Part shown: piece by piece, positions 1 through 11,752 of the stretch
Layout of the letters: every line of letters begins with the position of its first letter
Position numbering within the stretch: the stretch's first letter is position 1
Source: Octopus vulgaris
Taxonomy: Eukaryota
NCBI GenBank assembly: GCA_951406725.2
Contig: OX597833.1
Coordinates: forward strand, 54,436,001 to 54,500,000
Direction of reading: 5' to 3'
Length of the DNA stretch: 64,000 bases
Translations under genes and position numbers: made by a program
The notes under the pieces: model-generated
Seen by the model: the letters and a program-made list of their open reading frames with translations, nothing else
What the model was told of the DNA's origin: nothing
Database searches by the model: none

Positions 1-389
1 ATCCACTCACAAGGCTTTGGTCAGCCCGAGGGTATAGTAAAAGACACTTGCCCAAGGTGCCACGCAGTGGGACTGAACGCGGAACCATGTGGTTGGTAAA
101 CAAGCTACTTACCACACAGCCACTCCTATGCCTATATATACATACATGTATATATATTTAAATTTTCATAGAACGTCTTATCTTCCTTCTGACACCCTAA
201 GAAAAAGGAAAAAGAACCCATCCTTCTTTCATTATTTCCCCATCCTAGAACTGACATCTTGGAGAGGTCACCATCCTTGAACCCATGTCAATACAATGGT
301 ACATTAATAAATAAATAAATGAATGGAGAATACATGTCAAATTGAAGGGGGTCCTTCCCTCCTCCCTCACTATCTGTCTGTCTATATAT

Positions 390-473
<84 letters not shown>

Positions 474-486
474 ATCTATCTATCTA

Positions 487-535
<49 letters not shown>

Positions 536-554
536 ATCTTTCTATCTATATATA

Positions 555-587
<33 letters not shown>

Positions 588-589
588 CC

Positions 590-636
<47 letters not shown>

Positions 637-894
637 CATCTATCTATCTCCATTGTCCTAGAACATCACCCAAAAAAACAAAAAACAAAAACAATGTTCT
701 CTTCTAAACAAAATTTTAAAAACAACATCTGTTTTATATAAATGGACAACCTGTTTGCACATTCACAATTTTATTTGACAAGTTCTAAAAACCAATGAAA
801 GCACTAATGATAATGAATAAATAAAACCTTTTTCCAAAATTCTGGTGACCTCCTTTTATCTCAATATACAATATCTGTACACCACTTCTCACAC

Positions 895-946
<52 letters not shown>

Positions 947-954
947 CATATATG

Positions 955-990
<36 letters not shown>

Positions 991-1142
991 TGTATATATA
1001 ATTAATTAATAAGGGTGAGAGAATTAGATACTAATTTAATAGTATATTTATTCCACACCAAGTGGCCTAGTGCTACGAGAAACCTGGATTATTATAATAT
1101 TTTATAACATATTATAATATAGTGACCACTCTCTTATATTTA

Positions 1143-1205
<63 letters not shown>

Positions 1206-1387
1206 GTATATATATATATATGTATATATATGTATATATATATGTATATATAAGAAAATAGTAAAGTGTGAAAAAACGACAGAAGGCTTAAATGTTAAAA
1301 AATATATATATTTGTGTCAAAATGTCTGGAGAATATTGGAAAAATTTTTTTCCCTTTCCTTAAAATGACATAATTTTAAAATTTTTA

Positions 1388-1427
1388 AAGAAATTACCGG
1401 TTTCGCGTGTAGCTTTTCAAATTTCTT
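1388..1427 (-). ncRNA. Minimal type-I hammerhead ribozyme (U3-A8 core variant) in PLE pLTR
   Basis: Minus strand: AAGAAAT-TTGAAAA-GC(TACAC)GC-GAAA-CCGG-TA-ATTTCTT. 7-bp stem I, palindromic ACCGGT stem III, GUA cleavage triplet. Confidence 0.8.
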
Positions 1428-1563
1428 GTGACGTTATGTTTATATTGCATGGAATTATCGTTGTTTTTATTTCCAGGAGATTTCTAAATAAGGGGAGGTA
1501 GTGAGTGATTTTTTCCGGTGTAGGGGAGATAATCGCTTAAAAATTTTTTTTCCCTTTTCCTTG

Positions 1564-3336
1564 TTAATTTCTCTGTGTCAGTATGTTCGGATGGTTGAGT
1601 CTGGGTTTGTACTTTTCAATGAAGAATGTTTCCTTGTTCAGTCTCATTTGTGTTGATGATCCGAAAGCACATTGGTAAAATGGGAAGATTAAAAATTGTG
1701 GCAGTAGTTGCTTTGCGCATTTCTCAATGTGCTCACTAAAAGGTATCATTCTATATTCTGGGAATGCAATCTGTTGTCGATGCAGTGTGCATCTGCGCCT
1801 GAGTGATAGTCCCGTGGAACCCACGTAGTCTTGGTGGCAGCCCGAGCATTTAATAACATAAATTATGTTTTCAGAGGCACAAGTAAAGTTAGATTTGATC
1901 TTAAATTTCTGTCCCTCTTTAAAGAAGAATTCTGATCCTTCCAATAGGTTAGGACATGTTGCACAGTTCGATCTACCACATTTTTTTACTTTTGCATCCG
2001 TAATTTTAGAAGACAATTTTGCCTTTGTGAGAATCTTTTTAAGTGATTTAGGCTGTTTGTAGCTTTTAATGATTTGGTGTATGTTTAGAATTTCCTTTAA
2101 TTTTGGGTTTTTATGAAGTATTGGTAAATTCTGGGTGATGATGGTGAAGGCTTCTTTGTTTCTGCGGTTGTATGTAGATATGTAAGGTTGTATTTTCGGG
2201 GAAGGTGTGTTGTTGTGTTGAACTTTTCTTAAAGATTCTATGTTGATTTCTGTTGCACGTCTGATCCCATCCTCTATGAGTTGAGCTGGGTAATGTCTGT
2301 CAATTAGGGTGTTTTTGAGTTCTTGCAGTCTAAAGTTCCTGGTATTTTGTTCTGACACTATTGTGCATATCCTTCTTGCAAGGTTGAAGGGGATGTTTGT
2401 TTTAGTGTGTCTTGGGTGGCATGAATTAAAAAGAAGGTATTGTTTGGCGTCTGTGGCTTTGTAAAAAATGTCTGTTTCTATTTTAAGGTTAATTTTTTTA
2501 ATTAGTATATCCAAGAACGGGAGCTCCTTTTGGTTGTATTCCATTGTGAACTGTATATTTGGGTTTATGCTGTTCAATAGGTTTTTAAATTTTAGGAGTT
2601 TATCTATGTTTTCATTCCAGAGAATGAAACAATCGTCTAGGAATCGTTTCCAATTCTCTTTTATGTATTGAGAGAGGGAGTTTCCAAAGATTGATAGAGA
2701 TTCCTGGTAAATGATTATTTCCATGTATCCCATTGTTAAGTTCGCAATGACTGGTGCTGCCCTTGTACCCATAGCAATTCCGGATTTTTGACGGTGAAAT
2801 GTATTGTCAAACATGAAGTGGTTATTGTGTAGGATGAATTCAATTGATTTAGTAATGAATTCCTTACTGATCCTTTTTGGTATTTCTTCCGGAAATTGGT
2901 CTAACCAGAATTGTATTGCCTCCAGTCCATAATTATGAGGTATACTGGTATACAAGTTGACTACATCAAATGAAACCAGGATTGTTTCTTCCTTGGTTTT
3001 TTTTGGAAGGTGGTTTAACATATCTAAGTCATCTCTGATATGGCTATCGATATGTTTAAGGAAGGGTTTCAAGAGGATGTCCATGAGTAGACTTAGTCTG
3101 TGTGTTTCACAGGTTGGGCCAGCTACAATGGGTCGTAGTTTTAGGTCCCCCGGATTAGGTGTGTGTATGTATGTCTTTGGTGATTTTTTAATGGTTTCAT
3201 TTATAATTTGACTTTTATGAATTTTTGGCAGACCATAGAAAAGGCTAGGTTTGCATTTAAAGTTTGTTAGGAAATCAATCTCTTTGGTTGTCAGTTCCTT
3301 TTCATGGGTTTTAATTAGTGAAGATAGAGTTTTCAT
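1564..3336 (-). CDS. PLE reverse transcriptase / GIY-YIG endonuclease (N-terminally truncated, uninterrupted frame)
   Basis: RT motifs LRPIV, SFDVVNLYTSIP, QKSGIAMG, WKRFLDDCF, LPFLD. Cys-rich linker CGRSNCATC. Endonuclease NIIYVIKC..DYVGST..RRR..H..LNKETFFI. Confidence 0.93.
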   Translation of the reverse strand: MKTLSSLIKTHEKELTTKEIDFLTNFKCKPSLFYGLPKIHKSQIINETIKKSPKTYIHTPNPGDLKLRPIVAGPTCETHRLSLLMDILLKPFLKHIDSHIRDDLDMLNHLPKKTKEETILVSFDVVNLYTSIPHNYGLEAIQFWLDQFPEEIPKRISKEFITKSIEFILHNNHFMFDNTFHRQKSGIAMGTRAAPVIANLTMGYMEIIIYQESLSIFGNSLSQYIKENWKRFLDDCFILWNENIDKLLKFKNLLNSINPNIQFTMEYNQKELPFLDILIKKINLKIETDIFYKATDAKQYLLFNSCHPRHTKTNIPFNLARRICTIVSEQNTRNFRLQELKNTLIDRHYPAQLIEDGIRRATEINIESLRKVQHNNTPSPKIQPYISTYNRRNKEAFTIITQNLPILHKNPKLKEILNIHQIIKSYKQPKSLKKILTKAKLSSKITDAKVKKCGRSNCATCPNLLEGSEFFFKEGQKFKIKSNFTCASENIIYVIKCSGCHQDYVGSTGLSLRRRCTLHRQQIAFPEYRMIPFSEHIEKCAKQLLPQFLIFPFYQCAFGSSTQMRLNKETFFIEKYKPRLNHPNILTQRN

Positions 3337-3517
3337 TTGTGGGGTGTAGTTGGTAATGTCATTTTAAGGAAAGGGAAAAAAAATTTTTCCAATATTCTCC
3401 AGACATTTTGACACAAATATATATATTTTTTAACATTTAAGCCTTCTGTCGTTTTTTCACACTTTACTATTTTCTTATATATTCACCCACGTGCTTTACC
3501 AAACAAACTTTCTTATC

Positions 3518-3590
<73 letters not shown>

Positions 3591-3816
3591 GTATGTGTGT
3601 GTATGTATTTTTGTATCTATGTTTGTCCCCCACCATCATGTGATAACCGATGTTGGTGTGTTTACATCCCCCATAACTTAGTGGTTTGGCAAAAGAGACT
3701 GACATAATAAGTAGTAGGCATGCAAAGAATAAGTCCTGGGGTCAATTTGTTTGACTAAAGGTAATGCTCCAGCATAGCTGCAGTCAAATGACTGAAACAT
3801 GTAAAAGAATAAAAGA

Positions 3817-3847
<31 letters not shown>

Positions 3848-4255
3848 ATTACATATATATACTAATGTATATGCTTTGTTTATTTTCCGGTGGCTGCAAT
3901 AAAGTCTCATGTCACCTATGTCAAAAAACCTTAGTCATGGACAGGTGAGATAACTCATGCTCAATCCCATTAGGGAGTGAAGAACATCAACGTTTCACCA
4001 TTTTTGTGGCTTGTCAGCATCACAAACCCTCTTGTACTGAAGGTGAATCACCTAACCAGTCCATGACTTATATTCTCATGGCTTGTATAATCATGAGCTG
4101 GTATGCATACAAATTGCATACCTAAGAGAAAATTTACATATGAAGCAAAAGCAGCTCTCATGTTATAAATATTATTAAATACATATGTGGATAACATCAG
4201 GTAACCTAAACATTGAAAGTGCTTTGACATACATATATACATATATATTTATATA

Positions 4256-4299
<44 letters not shown>

Positions 4300-4510
4300 T
4301 GTACCATACACATAGTGGGTTTATTTCAGTTTCCATTTCCCAAATCCACTCGAAGGCTTTGGCTAATCCAGAGCTATAGTAGAAGGTATTTGCCTAAAGG
4401 TGCCACAGAGCTAGATTGAACCCAAAAAGCATGTGATTGGGAAGCAATCTTCTTACCGCAATGCCCTACCACCACCACCAGGTATATGTACGTGTATAGG
4501 TGTGTATATA

Positions 4511-4570
<60 letters not shown>

Positions 4571-4583
4571 TATACGTGAATAA

Positions 4584-4853
4584 AATATGTGACAATTATT
4601 TGGTAGCCATGATAAAACTCCAAGTTTTGGATTTCGGGGCAGAAACCCACGCCATCTCTTCAGTTATCTGGCCATTTTTCGATGACCAGACAACTGAAGA
4701 GATGGCGGCATGGATTTCCACCCCGACATCCGAAACTCGGAGTTTTATCATGGCTATCGAATAATTGTCACATATTACATTTACAGATAAATTCCTCTAT
4801 TTACATAATATCGAGGTCTCTTTCATTCTTTTGCTACCTTACCATTTCTATCA
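4584..4853. mobile_element. Fold-back PLE-type cassette with two divergent hammerheads
   Basis: Inverted repeat 4584-4776 with ~92-bp arms and a TTTTCG loop. The right arm extends into a tail to ~4853. (TA)n flanks. Confidence 0.75.
4689..4749 (+). ncRNA. Hammerhead ribozyme motif
   Basis: GACAA-CTGAAGA-GATG...CATC-C-GAAA-CTCGGAG-TT-TTATC. A decayed mirror copy lies at 4611-4668 on the minus strand (GAAA>AAAA). Confidence 0.7.
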
Positions 4854-4897
4854 ATATATATGTCTTCATAAATATATATATATATACATACAGTATA

Positions 4898-4933
<36 letters not shown>

Positions 4934-5549
4934 CATATTTATATCAATATTCCCTTTTATAAATAGTCATGTGCAGCTTATGCATTTTCCATGCATCACT
5001 GTGCAACTATTAGCAACCGTTAAGCATTGACGAAAACCGAATATGCTGACTATGTTTGGTTAAATATAAGCCGAAGAAGCATTAATGCAGCAGAATACAT
5101 AGATATAATTTTATCAACTGTAGTTAATCTAATGGATTAACTAACTCTCTATTGCTGTGTGTGTGTGTTCACGCATGTGCATGTGTGTGTGTGTGTGCGA
5201 GCATCTAATGAAATTTGCAAACCTTGCACACTGCCAACTGCGGGTTAGTTGTTGCTAATTGAACATCTGTCGTGGCAATATCAATGGACCAGGAAGTGGC
5301 GCTTGGCAAGACTAGTCAGTATCCTAACCTGATCCCAAATTAGATTCTCGTTTATGATGCATGACTCATTAATGGTTAGATCTAATGAAATAATTGGCTT
5401 AATACAATGGATTTTTGCTTCACTCTCAGGCTAGATAAGGAAAAAAAGGATATCCAGTTGTCGTTACGTAACAAAAAAAAAATAATAAATACGAAGAAAT
5501 GAAAGTAGATAAATAATCAAAATACATATATATATATATATATATTATG

Positions 5550-5635
<86 letters not shown>

Positions 5636-5660
5636 ATATATATGTATATATATGTATATA

Positions 5661-5716
<56 letters not shown>

Positions 5717-5717
5717 G

Positions 5718-5794
<77 letters not shown>

Positions 5795-5815
5795 ATATAT
5801 ATTATATAATGTGTA

Positions 5816-5851
<36 letters not shown>

Positions 5852-5899
5852 TGTATGTATGCATGTATGTATGTATGTATGTATGCATGTATGTATGTA

Positions 5900-5946
<47 letters not shown>

Positions 5947-6256
5947 ATGTGTATATATATATATTATTATTATATGTATGTATATATATATATATATATG
6001 TAAAGAAAGAGAAATATAGAAATGAGTTATTGTGATGTATTATGTGTGATGTAACCATACTGAAATATTTAATGAAATATACATAACAGATATGTGACGA
6101 AATTGCCTTTATATTTGTGTGTGTGTGTGTGTGTGAGTGTGTGTGTATTTGTGTCTCTGTGCATGAAAAAAAAGTAAGTTAGGTTTTACAGGAAAGCTTC
6201 AGAAATCTCTCACATGCAAGTCCTCATGCTAGAGATGATGTTTATGTGATGCACAT

Positions 6257-6307
<51 letters not shown>

Positions 6308-6318
6308 CACACATACAG

Positions 6319-6703
6319 TGGAAGCACTCCGTCGGTTACGACGACGAGGGTTCCGGTTGATCCGAATCAATGGAACAGCCTGCTCGTGAAATTAACGTGT
6401 AAGTGGCTGAGCACTCCACAGACACGTGTACCCTTAACGTAGTTCTCGGGGAGATTCAGCGTGACACAGAGAGTGACAAGGCCAGCCCTTTGAAATACAG
6501 GTACAACAGAAACAGGAAGTAAGAGTGAGAGAAAGTTGTGGTGAAAGAGTACAGCAGGGATCACCACCATCCCCTGCCGGAGCCTCGTGGAGCTTTTAGG
6601 TGTTTTCGCTCAATAAACACTCACAACGCCCGGTCTGGGAATTGAAACCACGATCCAATGACCGCGAGTCCGCTGCTCTAATCACTGGGCCATTGCACCT
6701 CCA
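6319..6703 (-). mobile_element. tRNA-derived SINE family C (~385 bp; possibly octopus OR1 type)
   Basis: tRNA-like head with A/B boxes. Related copies at ~20980-21290(-), 32340-32478(-), 40560-40763(-), 49131-49298(+), 61643-62021(+). Confidence 0.8.
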
Positions 6704-7212
6704 CATTCATAAATACATACATAAATACACACATACATATATGCATACATACACATTTGTTTGTGTGTATTCATTTATTTTTTTTATTCTTTTACACATT
6801 TCAGTCATTTTACTGTGGCCATGCTGGAGCACAACCTTAAAGGTTTTTAGTCAAACGAATCGACTCCCAAGACTTATTCTTTGTAAGCCTAGTACTTATT
6901 CTATCGGTCACTCTTTTGCCAAACTGCTAAGTTATGTAGAAATAAACACACCGACATCAGTTGTCAAGCGATGGTGGGGGACAAACACAGACACAAAGAC
7001 ACACACATAAATATATATACGTGTACACACACACACACACATATGTATACAATGGTCTTCTTTCAGTTTCTATCTACCAAATCCACTCACAAGACTTTGG
7101 TTGTCACAAGGCTATTGTAGAAGACACTTGCCTAAGGTGCCATGCAGTGGGGCAGAACCCGGAACTGTGAAGTTGGGAAGCAAGTTTCTTACCTTACAAC
7201 CACACCTGCGCC

Positions 7213-7256
<44 letters not shown>

Positions 7257-7392
7257 TAAATTAGAGATAAAACCACTATTAGGCAAATCAAACAATGCAA
7301 AACTTAAGCTAATACATAAAATTAATTAATTTATATTATTTTAAATATATATCAAAAGTATTAAAAGTTTAATAAAAGATAATGAGTAAAAC

Positions 7393-7462
7393 ACTACGAT
7401 CGTTTCATGGCTGTCCAATTCGTAATAATTCGAGTTATGGTTACAGTCAATCTTCAGGTAAT
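7393..7462 (-). ncRNA. Hammerhead-like motif with long stem II, in an AT-rich pLTR-like insert (~7250-7575)
   Basis: Minus strand: ATTAC-CTGAAGA-T-TGACTGT...ACAGCCA-T-GAAA-CGATC-GTAGT. Confidence 0.55.
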
Positions 7463-7919
7463 TGAAATATCTAAAATATAATCAGAAATATTTAAACAAT
7501 ATTTTTAAGATATAAGTAATATAATAATTTTACTTATAATAAACTCTATTATCAAACTAGAAACATAGAACTTAACGATTATATATATATATGCAAGGTG
7601 GTATCAAAAAGTTCTCGGACTTGTTCTGTAGTGGGCCAACAGATGGCAGCACATGATTGCATGTAGAGTGAGAGCTAACAGTGACGTTCATGATTAGTGC
7701 AGGAAGTTGGGGCAAAGAGTGGACCAGAAATTTTGCTACAGCGACATTGAGCATGCTTTGGCAAGCTTATGAAGGTGAGGGTCGTACACAATGTTTTGAG
7801 TGATATGGGTCCTTCAAAAGTGAAGAACATCCCTGAAAGATGATGAACAAGCTACTACTATTTAAAAACAAAATCAAAAAAAAAAACCTAGATTTTAACC
7901 CCTTTTTGTATTATCTAAC

Positions 7920-8172
7920 AGAGGCTTAGTAAACGTGGCTTAGTAGTTAGGGTGTTGGACTCATGACTGTAAGATTGTGGTTTCAATTCCTGCATTGGGT
8001 GACATGTTGTGTTCTTGAGCAAAGCACTTCATTTCATGTTGCTTCATCCACTCAGCTGGCAAAAGTGAGTAATCCTACAAAAGACTGGCATCATATCCAG
8101 GTGGTAAATATACCCACCATGGAAACTAAGAAACTGGCTCTGTGAATCTTTATGACTCAGGAAGGATCTTTA
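7920..8172 (+). mobile_element. tRNA-derived SINE family D with CORE-like domain (possibly OR2 type)
   Basis: tRNA-like head followed by TTCTTGAGCAAAGCACTT...CTCAGCTGGCAAAAGTGAG. Other copies at 19636-19885 and ~60720-60880. Confidence 0.7.
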
Positions 8173-8291
8173 CTGTGTATTATCTAAGAGTTTACCATTT
8201 TTACCAGCAATATTACAGAACTAGAGATCACCTATAGACTTTTTAATCCTTCAGCTTAACTTCTTTCAATCTCATCCATAAGGTAAATTAA

Positions 8292-9224
<933 letters not shown>

Positions 9225-9293
9225 CTAAAGTATGTAGAGATGCAGTAAAAATATAAAAGTAAAGTGACTTAAACCTAAATATTTTCAATACAT

Positions 9294-9452
9294 GGCGCAG
9301 GAGTGGCTATGTGGTAAGTAGCTTGTTTACCAACCACATGGTTCTGAGTTCAGTCCCACTGCGTGGCACCTTGGGCAAGTGTCTTCTACTATAGCCTCGG
9401 ACCGACCAAAGCCTTGTGAGTGGATTTGGTAGACGGAAACTGAAAGAAGCCC

Positions 9453-9514
<62 letters not shown>

Positions 9515-9732
9515 TTGTGCGTCTGTGTTTGTCCCCCTAGCATTGCTTGACAGCCGATGCTGGTGTGTTTATATCCCCGTCACTTAGCGGTTCGGCAAAA
9601 AGAGACCGATAGAATAAGTACTGGGCTTACAAAAGAATAAGTCCCGGGGTCGAGTTGCTCGATTAAAGGCGGTGCTCCAGCATGGCCGCAGTCAAATGAC
9701 TGAAACAAGCAAAAGAGTAAAAGAGTAAAAAG
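9294..9732 (+). mobile_element. tRNA-derived SINE family A (~430 bp, dominant repeat; roughly 25-30 full or partial copies in the window)
   Basis: Box A TGGCTATGTGG, box B AGTTCAGTCCC (GGTTCAGTCCC in most copies), internal (TA)n/(TG)n, and an (AGTAAAAG)n tail. Other near-full copies at 6785-7213(-), 12235-12665, 13043-13650(-), 15296-15714(-), 17211-17750, 17912-18284(-), 24370-24998, 26380-26795, 33086-33498, 44582-44990, 56263-56690. Confidence 0.9.
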
Positions 9733-10258
9733 TATGTTGCCTTAGATAAAGACAGCCTGAAGCTAGTTGTTGAAGACTTGAAAGCATCATGGGTTTATTT
9801 TAGCATCCAAACTCTGGAAAATTTATTAGTTTTCTATCAATCAAAAGTTATCGAAACCATTTATTTTAGAATTTATCTTTTAAAGTTTACATTTCAATTT
9901 TTTTTTTACTTCTATAATTTTATTTTTTCCCCTTTTACTGATTCAATCTTTCAGCAGATATTTAAGAATAATGGATGATTCTTTTAGTATTGACTTTATT
10001 TCGTGCCAAAAAAAGAAAAAAAAAAAGAATTACAGCTGTTCCAGGTCAATATTTTTTTCATTCTGTCTGCAATGCAGAGCTGTGTGTGTTTCTGGCAGCA
10101 ACACTTAACTCTCGTGTTTCAGATGTACTAACCCTACCGTTCAAGGAAAGGGTGCTGGTGATTCTTCAAACGGTAGGAGCACTGTGTAACTTGAACGGTG
10201 TTTTGTTAGCATGCAGCATTTCTGAGCTGAAATTTTTTTTGCTCACCAACACACTTCA

Positions 10259-10895
10259 GCCTCTTTTGCTCTCTCTCTGCCCCTCTCTCTCCCTCTCTCT
10301 CCTCTCTCTCTCCTCCCCTCCCTCTCTCATTTACTTTCTCTCCCTTCTCTCCCTCTTTCTACCTCCTCTCTCTCCTCCCCCTTCTCTACTCAAACTCTCC
10401 TCCTCTCTTCCCCTTCTCTTCCCCCGCTCGTCCCCTCTTTCTCCTCTCTCTCTCCTCCCCTCCCTCTCTCATTTACTTTCTCTTCCTTCTCTCCCTCTTT
10501 CTACCTCCTCTCTCTCTCCTCCCCTCCCTCTCTCATTTACTTTCTCTTCCTTCTCTCCCTCTTTCTACCTCCTCTCTCTCTCCTCCCCTTCTCTCCTCAA
10601 ACTCTCCCCCTCTCTTCCCATTTTCTTCCCCTTCTCTTCTCCCTCTCTTCCCCTCTCTCCTCCCCCTCTCTCTCCTCTCTCTCTCCTCCCCTCCCTCTCT
10701 CGTTTACTTTCTCTTCCTTCTTTCTACCTCCCCCTCTCTCTCCTCTCCATCTTTCTCCTCCCTCTTCTCTCCTCCCCTATTCTCCCCCCATCTTCCCCCT
10801 CTCTTCCCCTCTCATCCCCCTCTCTCGTTTACTTCCTCTTCCTTCTCTCCCTCTTTCTACCTCTTCTCTCTCTTCTCACTGTCTCTCTCTTCTAC
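10259..10895. repeat. CT-rich polypyrimidine low-complexity tract with internal higher-order repeats
   Basis: Nearly pure C/T with recurring TTTACTTTCTC and TTTCTACCTC units. Confidence 0.9.
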
Positions 10896-11540
10896 TGCTA
10901 CTATGTGGGTTGCTGCTATTCAAGTTGTTTGATCTCACACCACTTTCACTCAAGCTAACCTGATTCATTTTTCTCCCCTCTTCTCATCGCCCCTTTTCTG
11001 CCTCCCTTTATCCTAACCCTAACCCTAACCCTTATTGTAACTCCTTTACCCAATGCTTCCTTCCTAGAACATTAGTTCCCGTCTATGATTTTTCTTCTTT
11101 CTTGCAGCTGTCAACTTGTAGTTGTCCACGAAACCTCTCCACTGCCTGTGGAAGTCTATCTAAGTCTCTCAGGAGGCCTACAAAGGCTATGGACACAGTC
11201 TTTGTCTCCTGACCAAAGCATTTCATAACACAAAAAGACATAAGCTGTAAAAAAAATACTGATGCCCTGAGAGAAAGAGAGAGATGCCGTGGCCACTTAC
11301 TGTCATGAAAATGAAAATAACCATGAGTAAATCATGATGTCTTTCTTAATCGATATTGGCTAAGTGGTTAAGACACTCAATTTACAGTCATGTACATTCA
11401 GGTTCAATCCCACGGCACAGCACCTAGAACAAGTGTCTTCGACATTAACCCTGGATCAACCTTATGAGTAAGTTTGGTAGACATCTTATAATATATAATA
11501 TAAGGCAGACATAATATATATATATATTATATATACATTC

Positions 11541-11752
11541 AAAATGTGACCGCGTGTTTACCGTTGGTGATTTTTTTTCTCCGTCTTCCCTTCTCTGGAT
11601 CTTTCCTTTTCCTATGTTTCTGACGAAGAGCTCCGCTCGAAACGTAAAACTCTCCTTCTTCCCTTCCTTCCTGAGTGTCGAATAATACTATATTTGTTCC
11701 ACGTCCTCGCATTGTTGTGTTTTCTCTTTGTGTTTTCATGTTTGGATTAACT
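11541..11752 (+). mobile_element. ~210-bp HHR-bearing pLTR-like element
   Basis: Second copy of 8675-8886, with TA-rich flanks. Confidence 0.7.
11616..11650 (+). ncRNA. Minimal hammerhead with an extra A after the core
   Basis: GTTT-CTGACGA-A-GAGC(TCC)GCTC-GAAA-CG-TA-AAAC, with palindromic ACGT stem III. Confidence 0.7.

Larger units (their letters stand above)
1252..3517 (-). mobile_element. Penelope-like retroelement (RT + C-terminal GIY-YIG, Neptune/Nematis-type layout), 5'-truncated with inverted pseudo-LTR
   Basis: Long RT-EN ORF. 1252-1371 and 3356-3476 form a near-identical ~120-bp inverted repeat, and the inverted copy has an extra ~40-bp tail (3478-3517). Flanked by (TA)n on both sides. 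Confidence 0.93.

Noticed and set aside
1564-3336. PLE as a Naiad/Chlamys (selenoprotein-type) element
   Set aside because: The endonuclease is C-terminal to RT and there is no in-frame TGA.
9294-9365. tRNA-like sequences at SINE 5' ends as tRNA genes
   Set aside because: They continue into SINE bodies in many diverged copies and lack a proper acceptor stem.
9975-10958. 327-aa L/S/P-rich ORF
   Set aside because: It is open only because the CT-rich tract lacks stop codons, and no domain is recognisable.
11012-11032. (CCCTAA)3 telomere-like repeat
   Set aside because: Too short, and adjacent to a C/T-rich tract, so not evidence of a telomere or fusion.
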